DNA of 60,633 nucleotides, filler included, from Perkinsus olseni (Eukaryota): NCBI GenBank assembly GCA_013115125.1. It is 2 parts of 2 records of this genome, joined end to end, with 100 filler letters (N's around TTAATTAATTAA, not from the genome) between each part and the next. Parts side by side here need not be neighbours in the genome. Positions count along the whole stretch, not along the records: positions 1 to 30,280 come from JABANN010000423.1; 1 more part is not named here. One strand, 5' to 3'. Shown piece by piece: positions 11,082 to 22,608 of this stretch (position 1 is its first letter; each line of letters starts with the position of its first letter). The notes under the pieces were generated by a model. It saw only the letters and a program-made list of their open reading frames with translations, ran no database searches and was not told where the DNA came from. The position numbers and the translations under genes were made by a program.

Positions 11082-13922
11082 CTACTTCGCCCGTACGTTC
11101 TTCTCAGATTTCTTCTCGGTCACCGAAGAGATCCATCCACGACTGATCGCCAATCTGATAACCAAACCGGCCAGTATAAAACATAAAGCCACAACTTGAT
11201 ACTGGCTGATACCCACACCTTCCAACCTGTTATGGCCACGATACCTCTCCACGAAGAACCTGAACGCTATTCGGATAACCGTCATTCGTTCCAGCAGGAC
11301 TGGGAAGATATCGCAGATGCCGGAAGATAAGCCTGTCTCGTGCGAGTCCTGCGTGAATCAGTAAATCAAGTTCTCAGAAGCTTCACGAGTATTGTACGGT
11401 ACAGTTTGTACCCGATGGTTCCAGAGACCTCACCTAGTGGATCCGAGTAGAACGAAGAAGTCAGAGACCTGAGCCCAGGTAACAGCTTCGCGCTGCTTCC
11501 TCCTAGCCCATAATATCAGTCCAACCCCAGCCGAGGTTATCATCTCATACAGCGGGGCAGGATGGACGGCTGAAGATATCCGAATACAAGAGAGGATGAG
11601 CACCGTCCCGAAGCTCACCTATGGTAGTCGGGACCAGTCCGTTGGGGAAGCTCATAGCCCACGGGACATCAGTGGGGTAACCGTAGCAGCCATCACCCGA
11701 TATGAAGCAACCAATTTTACCTGAGGGGAGGAGGTGACGCCTCACATACCAGATCATGTCCCATACGGATTTAGCAATGTTTCTACGCGTTCGCTATGCC
11801 CGTGCAGTCCGACACAGTGAAACCGGATCGAATCGATCATCGATGTCAATACAACACTGTAACCAGCTTCCCGCCTCAAAGAGTTCCTTGAGACAGCGAC
11901 TCTGGTTCCGATACCCCTGATGGTCGCTAGTAAAGGTCGTGAGAACAACGTAGTTAAGATTAGAGAATGCCTCGACTCGAGGCCCTCGAGTGTGTCTGGC
12001 AATATGGGAGAAATATGTCTGTATGGCGTGCTTCAATGGGCTTCGAGACGCATCAAGACACGCTCCTCCTCTTCCATGCGATACTGCTCTTCCCGCTCCT
12101 TCCAATCTTCGCCCGCGAATCACGTTCAACTACAGGGACTCCCTCCACCGCAAGTTCTTCGTTCGCCATGCCGGGGGCGAAAGCCTCTTGACATCTCTCG
12201 TACGGCTTAATATAGTACCGCCTGTCATACCCGGCATCGGTGTCGGCAATGCCGAGTCGGCATAGCTTGACTCGTCAGCCGCGCCAGTTGCTGCAACTTG
12301 TGCAGTCTTACCATTGGTGTTACGCGCTTGCCCCCGGTGACGACTCGGCCTCCCCTGGTGCTCCCCCTGGAGAGCAGTTCCTTCCTGCCAAGAATTCTCT
12401 GACCAGTCTGAGGGTCTTTTCACGACGCAACGTGGTGCTACCAACATCCCGTCTCTATTTACTGTTATCCGAGCTTCCCAGAAGTCTTTAAGGGCTTATT
12501 TGTACTCGCTCCGCGCCAGGGTTGAGATTGGCACTCGGCGGCATGACCTGGGTGGAAACCGCGCCTTGTTGCCAACCAGAGTAAGCCACAGCACAAATCT
12601 CGATATCAAATCCAATCGGTATCGGATACCGATACTGGGTATCCAATCGAAATTGCTCTAGAAGCAATCTGCTTCGAGCAATCGAAGATCGTGCTCCGCA
12701 CCAGATTTCAACCTTTCGGAAGCTAGCGAGATTGCCTCCAATGCTCCACATAAATACTCGACCGGTTGCTTTCATGTGCACTCTACACTATTCATGGCAC
12801 TCCTCAGACACGCAAGCTGAATACTCCCCATCCTCGCGAGCATTCTGCCATAAGATGCTTTCGCATCGGCCACCCAAGCTATGACCGCACGCGCTCGCTG
12901 TGGCTGCCGGCTGAGGCACCCTTACCAGCCGCCCGGTTATCGGATAACGGCTCGTCTACCGTTCGGATCGGGACTGCCGATTCTAGTGAATCCGTAGCAT
13001 TACTGAGTGTAGAAACGAGTGATACTGACACTGTAAAGAAGGAAGGGTACTCACCTCAACAAGTACAATATCGGCAGGCTTCAGCAAGCCTCGGAAGCCT
13101 GTCTCGGGCAGGTATGGCATCAAATCACCATAGCCAAACCAACCGTAGCCCATATTACCTATGGCATGGCCTATGAGTAGAAGGGGCGCTAGTGCGTCCA
13201 ACATGCGACCGATAGACTCTTTGCAGTACAGCTTAGCGTAACTGAAGAACGCACCAACTACCAGGCAGGCCGGGCCGAACTACTTGGCTACCCTGTCGTC
13301 CCGACGATACCACCGAGCAGACCGCCTTGAAATGAATGACCTGCACGAGGAGGGCAACATCGAATCCGCCGGGAGTACGCGGAGGACCTCACCAGTGGAC
13401 ATATCCCAAAAGGAGACGCTACTTGAACTGTTCCAAGTGAGCATGTAATGCAATCGCGAACCGAGGATTCCTCCAATCATAGCCGACAGCAGCAGCGCCG
13501 AGGAGTCAATCTGACGAAGTCATAAGAATTGGACGGAGGCCTATAGGACGCGGACGTGTGTCCCTTCAATGTCCACTACAATCACGCGAAGGCGGAATCA
13601 GGCGACTCGCCTGAAGCGAGACCACTGCCCCCTCACTACACGACGACTCTCGGGCTTTTCGCTAAGGCGAGAACCCGCCCAGGTACCTTGAGTGCCTTCC
13701 TCCGGAGCTCCCCATCCCCCAGCAACAACGCCGACATGAATGCTAGCGCCATGCACAGACCATAGCCGTATACCGGTTGACCTGGCAGGGGAACGTAACG
13801 ACCACGCAACTCTGAGGACCCCCGTAATCCATCCAAGAACGAGTAACAGTGCCGCAGAAGGCAGCGGTATTACCGAACACCGTGAATAGAATCGGCCTAG
13901 CAAACTCCACGACGACTGGCAT
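11082..13922 (-). CDS. lgt: Lgt-like protein, paralog 3, spliced; 1438-nt intron at 11721-13158; close to paralog 2
   Basis: MPVVVEFARPILFTVFG|QPVYGYGLCMALAF, GGILGSRLHY, SFQGGLLGG, LDALAPLLLIGHAIG|KIGCFISGDGCYG, VHPAPLYE, RFFVERYRG. Exons are nearly identical to paralog 2. Confidence 0.88.
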
Positions 13923-14144
13923 GCTGACTGATGAGTAAAACCTAAGATTGGAAAGTTTCGAGAGAGCTGATATAGTTCTGAAGAGCTCTGATAGAAAGAA
14001 GAGCTGATGTATCCGAGGCGAGCATTTCTGTCCTCCAAGCCAAGGAGGCTACCTCGAGGGTTGTGCCATCGCCTAGATACCAATACGTCGTATTGAATAC
14101 GATAACTCCTGCCCGGGCATGGCCCATCAGACTCTACCCTATAC

Positions 14145-17100
14145 TCAGAAAGCCGTTCCTTCCGCTATGATACGTTCGTGCTCGCATGAAGCACTTCTAA
14201 GGCCTGAGAACAGACTACAAAAATACGAGGATTGCCGTCTCCCATCCATGAAAAAGTTCTTCCCTCTTTGAGGAACACTCCAACGCAACTCCGTCCGGTC
14301 CAATAAATGAACGACGGCAGGAAGAATACCACAAAACGTCACGCGCCATGAAATTGCGATGACTCCAGAGATGCCTTCAACACATGCAACACTGCCATGG
14401 ACCTTGCCAGGACGGTGAAGCCGCACGCTGCCTGGGCGTCCGAGGCTCGCTGATCTGCTAGCAGAGCATCCTCGGCGTTCAAATACTCCCAGAACTACTA
14501 CCAACTCATCCGAGTCGCCTCTACACCTCGGCGGTTTCACGAAGTTCGGGCCGCTCCTCGGAAGTGATGTTTCGACTGATAACGGCGTAACCTGACCAAA
14601 CACAGGGGAATCGGCAAGACCAGCACTCTGAATAACATCGAGATGACCTGCCGTGGCGGCTGCTTCAAATCTCCCTGATACCCTCCTCGAGCGTCCGAGA
14701 ATACCGTGGCGACTGAGAACCTCTTGGACAGCAAGAGCTGGCAGCGGCATGAATGAACCTAGGAGTAGCCCCCCACGGCTCACATGATCTAGCTCATCCA
14801 GCTGGACGTCTTCAGTGGTTCCTTCAGGCACGATAGGAGCCTGGAAGTGCACTACCATGGACACCGCTCGAACGTGTTGAATTTTATCACCTCGCAAGGC
14901 GGCAAGTCCGCATATGGCAGATCCTCCCGGGACACCCGCATCACCTATAAACAGCCATACCAAAACAAGATACAAAGGAACTCCATCAGGAGCTATTGAG
15001 AGAGCGGCCCCGCACACCGTAGGCTGTGGCAAGTTTAGAGCTTCGAATAACGCCATTGCCTCCCGGGCAAACCTCAAAGGCGCCGGTGGAACCCCTCGCC
15101 GCCATAACTGACCTCGGACTGTCGGCAAGCCGAGACAACTACAGTAGAGAAGCGGTTAGTGATTTCTGGGATGAACAAGGAGCAAATACCGATGGCAAGT
15201 TTTCAGAAGCTGCTCGTGAGCCCCCTTCTTTCCATTATATCTAGACGAGCGGATGCCTGCCCCAGGCTAAGAGTCTCCTCACTTAGAGCTCAGGTGTGTT
15301 ATAGGGTAGTAACGCTTGATGTTGGCCTTAGCTCCACCATAACGTCGCTCGAGTTGATCAGCATCAAAGTACCTGGCACAGGGTTGAATAAAGTAAGATA
15401 GTAGCAGTGCAGGGATCAGTAAAAATCACGACACCGCCGACGCGGTCACGACGGCGCTCACCTAGCGAGATCTTCCCCCACGTCGGCCACTATATGGTTC
15501 TTCTGCAACTGCCGCTCAGTCATAACTTTCCTGGCTAGTTTACGCACTACAGTTGTCATGAAGGAAGGCGAGTTGACGAGATACATCGCTGCCATACGAC
15601 CCATGTAGTGATGTGCCAACACCTGAGGCTCAGCATGAAGCTTCTCTCACGCCCAGCGCAAGCTTCCATCAACTCACTTTGTAAAGGGCGAAAGCCGTGG
15701 AAAAGGGCGCGTCAAAGCCGACACCGTCGAAGTCAACAATCATTACAATCGATTCTACTTTACTCGGCAGCAACATGTACCTGCTGTCATGATGAAAATG
15801 GGCTACTGTGCAGCGTCGAGGCCTATACTCAGCAGTAAGCAGGTAGACGCGACCTCCGCCGGAGAGCAGCTCGCTGTAGCACTACCGAGTGATGAACTCC
15901 AAAAGGAAGACGCTGGTATGGATGGCGTTGTCTTTGGATATCCCTGCCTTCACTAACAAGCTTGGTTGCACTACGAGGCAAGGTCGTAGCAGTTTATCTC
16001 GGCCACTAACATAAAGGAATCCCTGACAAAAGAAAGGGCTGGGCCGAGAATCGAACTCGGGACCTCTCGCACCCAAAGCGAGAATCATACCACTAGACCA
16101 CACAGCCGATACACACAACGGGCTTGTGAAGAGCTCTCCCATGTAGAGCAGGCACATTGGATCACCATTAGCCATAGGTCCACTCTCAGTACTCACCGTA
16201 TTGAGCTCGTGCAATAAATCCTCATCACACATCGGCTGCTTGAAGTACTCCAACCCTAACAACTCCACATGCTCCCTCAATCGAGCCCTCAGACACGTTT
16301 CAAACGAACAGGCCCTGTAAACCATCGCTGATGTGCATTACTCCACTTCTGGGTTTCGACTAATTCCTTCACAGCCCGGTCCACATTAAAGCGGGCATGG
16401 TAGAGATACCTACGAAAACACAACTTTGGGTAGCAAATATTACACACTACGACTGGACATGACCCAGTCCTCATGATGCCTCCCAGACATGAAGTCCCTA
16501 TACCCCTTCCGTTTGGGGTTGAGCTCTCCTTATCGAAGTGGAACATCGCGGCTGAGTTTCATCGCCCAACACACCTTTCTTCGCGACAAAAACACTCACA
16601 AAGTCACTCTCGCTTCAGATCAGAGAGCACGTGTAGTAACTACCATCCACCCCGGTACTACCGTAGGATGCGCGGCTCCAACTGGCGAGCCAGCGTGATT
16701 TCTCGACGCTCCAGGGTGGCGTAGACCTCATCGATCGCTTCTAACTCATGCGGCATCAGCTCTACCTACTAGAGCAAGAATGATGAACCCTGCCCTGACG
16801 AAACCGACTCCGCCAAAGATGGACTGCTGAGCGTACCTCGGAGAGCACGACTAGAAGGGCAGGTAGAGGCACCATTATCCTGCACCACCCGCGACAGCTG
16901 GTGCTCAAACGAAAGCCACACACATAAACGACCAGCAACCGCCAAGACAAAGCAACTTTCTCAAGGTGACCACCCTTTAACACTGAGAAAGCCCACCGAG
17001 GACCTCCCGCTTGATCACCACTGATATTCCCTCACACACTACATTGAGGAATATCCTTCTCTCCTGATCCTCATTCTTGAACCGAGTAAACATGTCTCTT

Positions 17101-17174
17101 CCCGCTGGTTTCCACACGAGGACTTCCGGCGGAAGAATGTAGTCTCCAATAGGACAGGTCACGTCGATGCTCAT
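14145..17174 (-). CDS. CRAL-TRIO (Sec14-like) lipid-binding domain protein, multi-exon; 3' end uncertain
   Basis: RYLYHARFNVDRAVKEL (CRAL_TRIO_N), GFLYVSGRDKLLRPCLVV, VESIVMIVDFDGVG, HHYMGRMAAMYLVNSPSF, YFDADQLERRYGG. Confidence 0.78.
16036..16107 (-). tRNA. tRNA-Pro(TGG), nested in an intron of the CRAL-TRIO gene
   Basis: Reverse complement GGCTGTGTGGTCTAGTGGTATGATTCTCGCTTTGGGTGCGAGAGGTCCCGAGTTCGATTCTCGGCCCAGCCC folds as a cloverleaf with anticodon TGG and is followed by TTTCTTTT. Confidence 0.95.
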
Positions 17175-17341
17175 AAGCAACAAACAGACACTACTCGGCA
17201 ACCCTCGAGGGCTTCGACCTCGGACCAAGACCAACTGCATTGAGAACGCAACCCCACGCAGTTAGGGAAAACAAACTCGGTGAAGTATCTTACGGTGGTT
17301 GTGATTGTGAATAGAAGTGAATAGCACAGAAAATAGAAACA

Positions 17342-17827
17342 TTTAATGGCGGTCTCATACCCGGACTCCTTTGATCAGGTTCTTCTCCTTGCGATCCTTC
17401 CGTCCCTTAATCCAACCAAAGAAGAAGATCAGGCCAGTGCCGACGGGGAAGACCCACTTCCAAGTATCCGAGGAGTAGTCGTCGATGGTCGGACCACCAG
17501 TAGGGTTAGCCCATGCTGAAACAACCCACCAATGCGAGCTTCGCGCGCCACCAAATTCCCTCCCCTATTACTGATTGGATTCCCTAATTCTTTAGATTTG
17601 CTATACTGTTGTTGTTGGTCACCATTAGCCTCCTCATGATGCGCTCCATCGTCATCAGCAGTAGCAGTGGTGCTGAACCCTCGTCCAATAGGCATGGCAC
17701 GGTGATACGAAGACCCCATCGTCGTCGCAGCCACGGTCGAGAGACGAACCAGAGCTGGCCGAGCCAGAGCTGGGCCGAACCGCTGGAGAACGGCCGAACT
17801 GCTGTATAGCATACGAGTAGGTAACAT
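17342..17827 (-). CDS. Small putative mitochondrial single-TM protein; 3' end uncertain
   Basis: Arg/Ser/Ala-rich presequence-like N-terminus ending ..RGFSTTAT, an intron, then AWANPTGGPTIDDYSSDTWKWVFPVGTGLIFFFGWIKGRK with a hydrophobic segment. Confidence 0.5.
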
Positions 17828-17975
17828 GGGGATGGGAGTTTGAACTTGGCTTGAAAACCACCATCACCCGACTCATACTCGCTATCTTACCCGCACTCGC
17901 GATTCCTCAACGCTACCATTCAATATCACAGAAAAATAGCCCTTGCGCGACAACGCACAGCCCGTTCAACTCCCC

Positions 17976-18963
17976 CTAGTGCTTCGCCTCAGTAGCGTCA
18001 ATAGTCGCAATCTTATACATCTTGTCCGGCAGCTGTGGAGGCATCATCTGTTTACTCACGTACGGGTACTGAACCCCAGGGTAGTTTTGGATAACCCAAT
18101 TCTCTCGAAGCTTCCATAGTTGGTCCTTGGCCTCGTTGATGGTGTAGGGATGATCGAAGCCACGATAGAAGTAGCGGATCTGCAAAACAACTATAACAGC
18201 ATACCAAAAAAACAACACTCGAAGAAAACAAAAATACAGACGAAAAATTTACGCCCGAAAAATTTTTTTGCCGACGCAAATGCCACGAAGGCGGGGTTGT
18301 TGAGGGGATGAAAAATCGAGCGAAATTTCCGATGAGATACCATCAGAAAATCACGTCATGCAAATCGTCTTTGAAATACACTCATGAATCTCCCTACCCG
18401 ACCATAGCGGCTATGGCATAGCCGAACCAATATACCATACCCTAATAAAAGTTACCTTCGCCTGCTCCTGAACTATCTTGTAAGCTGGCCTAGTGCCAGG
18501 ATTGTGATACGCCGACTGCAGACGGAACTTGGCGCCGTTCATGTAGTACCTAACAGTATAATAGAATATTCAAATGACGCTGTGCAGCCGCCACTGGTAC
18601 TTGTCCCTCCGTTCTACAGGGGCGGTGTCGAACCAGCCCGTCCACCAGAAGAAGGCCATGGAAAACAGAAGACCCGCGTGATGCACCGAAAAGAAGTGCT
18701 GCCTGACGGAATCGGCACGGATAACGAAACTAAAAAGACCGAGGCAAGTGTCACCTCGCCACGAATTGCTGAGTCCAGATAAATTTCCAGAACGGTGCCC
18801 TTCTCAAGTTGGGTATCTTGAACCCACCCTCGATAGCTCCACCTGAGGAAATAGACTTCCACAGCTAGAGGTGTCAGAAAGCGCCGATACTACCAGCCCC
18901 AAGTTTCATGATGAACTCAGCTGGCTTGATGTTACGAGCCAACACGCTGGGGGCGGAGGACAT
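17976..18963 (-). CDS. Myzozoan cytochrome c oxidase accessory subunit-like protein (recalled as Cg8/ApiCox23-type); 5 exons
   Basis: Spliced product MSSAPSVLARNIKPAEFIMKLGAG|GAIEGG...FWKFIWTQQFVAR|QHFFSVHHAGL...FFWWTGWFDTAPVERRDK|YYMNGAKFRLQSAYHNPGTRPAYKIVQEQAK|IRYFYRGFDHPYTINE...PGVQYPYV. The gene model is clean; the family name is from memory. Confidence 0.6.
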
Positions 18964-19095
18964 CGGAAAGGAGAAAAATAAGTAGCGACTGATCCCGAGC
19001 GTCTCTTCCACCACAGAAAATAATTCAACGGTTCTCCCGCGACGCCGTCCAACCAGTGGTGCCATACACCGCACAGAGAGACAGAAACGCTGAAT

Positions 19096-20365
19096 TTACA
19101 CCTCCACAAGGTGGGGCCCTTCGGATGGGTGCCGTTCATCACCGTTTGCCTTCTGGGCGGATCTCTCCTTATTTTTCCGTTTATCTTTCTGTAGTTTTTT
19201 CTTCAATTTTTTACGACTAATTTTTGGCTCAGACTCTGGCTCAGCGATCGGAGACACTGACGAGTCAAAGCGTTCCCGAGCCTGCAACAGCCACATCGTT
19301 CAACTCCAACCGAAGCGCCTCAGTACCCCACCTCAGCGAGAGTGTGTTGTCTACCGTCCTCCCACACGACTGAGTTGTAATGCTCACCGTCATGATACGC
19401 TAACAAGATACACCGGGTAACCTCAGGGTCAACCTCCTTGGCTTTGATCTCATAATTAACCTAAGATACGTAGCGGAATCCATAGTAAGACGGGACAGTA
19501 AAAAATTCAAAATGAAAATTTCCAAGTGAATCCGCTTCTTACCCCCTCGGCGCGTATCACCAGAGCAGCGACATCATAGGCCCCGCAGAGGGCGGTGAGC
19601 TCAACCTGAAGGGGAGGGTGGGCAGGGAGAGGGAGAGGCGCCCATCTCGTACCTGGCCGCCCCAGGTGGTAGATTGCCGCATGTTCGTGACGTATTCACC
19701 ATAGTCGTCAAAGCCTTCCTCTGTCAAATCGACGAAGTCTTGGAACCTGTGCAGGCGTCACGAGTATCTTAGCTCGAAGCGTGCACTTCTCACATCTCTT
19801 GATGGTCTCGCAGCCAGTCGCAGCAATTCTGCCGGAACTCATCGTGGAAGGTCTCGACTCCCTTCAGCTGCACTGCGAAACTCCTAAACAGGCAGTTTCC
19901 GTCAGGAAGGACCTAGAAAGCGGGGTGCTGTTCAATAAACCAATTCTGAAATTCTGAGTCGATTCTGGACCCCGCATTTCCCGAATAAAAATCAATCCCA
20001 GAGTTCCGGAATAGAACTTCTATTGGGGCGGTGGTCGAGGTGATACAGTATTATCTTATACAAGGCTTCAAGGCCATCCTACCGGAACGGTTCGATAGCC
20101 CCTTGATGAGTATTGGTGTCTTGAACGGGAGGACCGAGCCATCTGCTTCGCTCCGCTAGCGAAATTCCCTCGGACACACCGTAAAGAAGTTGGTTAAGTC
20201 CATCTACTTGCACGACACCCCACCACAGCTGATGGTCACCTCTTGAACTTCGAGCCCTAGCTTTCGCAGCATTGCCCGAACTCTGCTGAGGTCTTCAGGT
20301 GGGGACGCTCTATCATCACGCCGATGCTTCGATCCTTTGGCATTCCCTCTCTTCTCTTTGGCCAT
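19096..20365 (-). CDS. OTU-domain deubiquitinase (OTUD3-like); 6 exons
   Basis: VLPDGNCLFRSFAVQL (catalytic Cys), YVTNMRQSTTWGGQ|VELTAL, LAYHDGEHYNSV (catalytic His), Lys-rich tail. Confidence 0.88.
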
Positions 20366-20889
20366 GTCCAACGAGGAGGAGGAGGAGGCGCGCAGCAGAA
20401 ATAAGAATGGCGTTGAGGAATTGTAAGTGCGCAAGATGGCTCGAGGGCCGCTCTCTAAATCGATTTTCCGCCGCACTTGAGCTTGTCCAGGTACTAGGGG
20501 CTGGATAGAACTTGCGCGAGAGACGTACGCCAGGGTTGCCGGCTACTGACAGAGGCCCACACCTCTCACCCTGCCGCCGCCACTAACATTCCTTGTCAGA
20601 TTAGGACTTGGTGATGCCTACCTTTCCAAAGGGAGCGCCCCCTCTCTGGTTGACCTCTCTGAACTTGCGCAAGCCTGGACGCCGTGCTTCAGTCTACCTC
20701 AATACCACTCGTAGTGGTGACACGGTTGACTCTGTCTCACTCACTTCCTACCCTTCGAGCGCAGCAGAACCGTCCATCACACTGTGCAAGTTGACCTTCA
20801 ATTCGGTTCGGCATGCCTCGTGGGTTGCGTTCACGAGTGGTTGGTCTCTCCTCCTCCTCCTCAGTGTTTTCCACCACCGACTCGCCCCC

Positions 20890-21414
20890 ATGCACCTCTC
20901 CCTGAGCCTCCTCGTGAGCAGCTTCGTTGCGTCCGTTGCAGCCACGAGCGTAATCACTGAGAAGACCGGCCTTACCAGATTCTTGGCCCTTAGCCCCGAC
21001 GACATTCTACATGATTTTTGCCTGGCTAAACGCGGCCCCAACTATGTTCACGATATGACCGTCACCACCACCAACGGCACCGTGATGCCCTGTGAGTGCA
21101 AGAAGATACCCGCAAATGAGACGACGACTGCTATGAAAAAAATGAAGTCAGTTTTCTTCAACGTCACTGGGCCTTGCTGCGGTCTGTTCCCGCGTCTCGA
21201 GGATGGCGAGCGCCCTACAAGCATGTATTTGCGAGTGAAAGATAAGGACGCGACTCTGATGAACTCCATAGAAGCTCCCAGGTTCAAGTTCAACTACACT
21301 GTGTGGCTTGCTCATGACTGTCCGACCAACTACTTCAAGCCGCCTGTTGATCGCTCGAACTGGCCGGAGTTCAACCCCGGGAAAATCTTGAGGTTAAAGT
21401 TGCAGCCTGAGTAA
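20890..21414 (+). CDS. Intronless secreted hypothetical protein (lineage-specific family)
   Basis: Signal-peptide-like start MHLSLSLLVSSFVASVAA. Shares F.A..P.D..H.F, EC and PCC motifs with the neighbour at 21911. Confidence 0.7.
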   Translation: MHLSLSLLVSSFVASVAATSVITEKTGLTRFLALSPDDILHDFCLAKRGPNYVHDMTVTTTNGTVMPCECKKIPANETTTAMKKMKSVFFNVTGPCCGLFPRLEDGERPTSMYLRVKDKDATLMNSIEAPRFKFNYTVWLAHDCPTNYFKPPVDRSNWPEFNPGKILRLKLQPE

Positions 21415-21910
21415 GAGCGTGCATTGTAATAGATGTACCCATGTTATGGCATTGCTGGTGTTGAACGTGATCGCGCCGTGGCGTTCTGATGGGGTAGAAC
21501 CTTCGCGGGTTAGACATCGAACAAGCCGAGCAGGAGAGTACCTCCTGTTAGGCTAGCGTGCTCGGTTTACGTTTTCGGCTTCTCTAGTCTCCGAAGACAT
21601 GCTGCTGCGCTGTGATCACCTTTCTTGTATTTATTAATATTATCATACATGGTCACCTTTATTAAGTAAGGCCGATATCATTACACCATATGCTCTCGTG
21701 CGTATACTTTTTTTATCCGTATTTTTCACATTCAGATGGGAAAATATGCCGACGTCCAGTTTCACTGGTCGATTGTTATCCCACGATGATCGGAATACAT
21801 GAAAAATAACGCCGGCCCAACGGGATCTCATCTGTGGCGGGTTATTTACCTGCTCATCTCTTCCAGTGGATTTCCTTAGCAGCCCACTTTTCTTTCAAAA
21901 TCGGGCCGTT

Positions 21911-22366
21911 ATGCTCCTCCCCCTCTTTCTCATCTTCATAGTCGTCCTGTCAGCTGCCCGCAAGAGCCTTAATACTGATGCCAGAGCCAGCCGGAAGGCA
22001 CTTGGCAACTTCTACGCGGCCGACCCCTCCGACAGAGTTCATTCGTTCGCTATCCACGATAACAATACGATCGTGATGGTGACGAACGACGGCTCGGAAG
22101 TTGAATGCACTTACCGCGTGCAGGACCAAGCGTCGCAGTTCGTCGTCTTCCACATTGCGCGGCCGTGCTGTGACTATTACCCTGGGTCGACCGACGGCGG
22201 AGGGTCAGAAGGTGTGGAGCTCGAGGTTCGCGAACGGCGAGCAGTCATAAGGAACCCGAACGGGGCACACCAGTTTGCGTATGAGTATCTTGGACGACTT
22301 CATGTGAGCCCGAGCTATTTCATCTCGCACTGGCTCGACTCCTGGATACCTTTGTCCCCTATATAA
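21911..22366 (+). CDS. Intronless secreted hypothetical protein, distant paralog of 20890-21414
   Basis: Signal-peptide-like start MLLPLFLIFIVVLSAA. FYAADPSDRVHSF and VFHIARPCCDYYP align by eye with FLALSPDDILHDF and FFNVTGPCCGLFP. Confidence 0.7.
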   Translation: MLLPLFLIFIVVLSAARKSLNTDARASRKALGNFYAADPSDRVHSFAIHDNNTIVMVTNDGSEVECTYRVQDQASQFVVFHIARPCCDYYPGSTDGGGSEGVELEVRERRAVIRNPNGAHQFAYEYLGRLHVSPSYFISHWLDSWIPLSPI

Positions 22367-22608
22367 TATAATATTCCCCCTAGATGTACTGTTTTTGGTG
22401 TCTTGCCATTCTATGTACCCGGTAGCAGCTTTATGAGGCTCCACTAATGATGTTTTTGTCGATACGGAACGTGTTGTGCGGTCACGATAGGTGGGATAGA
22501 ACCTGTGCGAGATATGTAACACTACGGGCTGGCGGACGTTAATCACCAGTGGCCCAAAATGGCTCTATATATCGACCAAGGCCTTTTGTGCAGTAGTCGC
22601 TTTCTCAC

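Noticed and set aside
5807-13922. Bacterial contamination as the source of the lgt genes
   Set aside because: The genes have shared spliceosomal introns and are contiguous with eukaryotic genes.
20025-20102. Possible tRNA-Sec/Leu in the OTU intron (GGCTTCAAGGCC, GGTTCGA, GGGGC..GCCCC ends)
   Set aside because: D- and T-stems cannot be formed convincingly; at most a very decayed relic.
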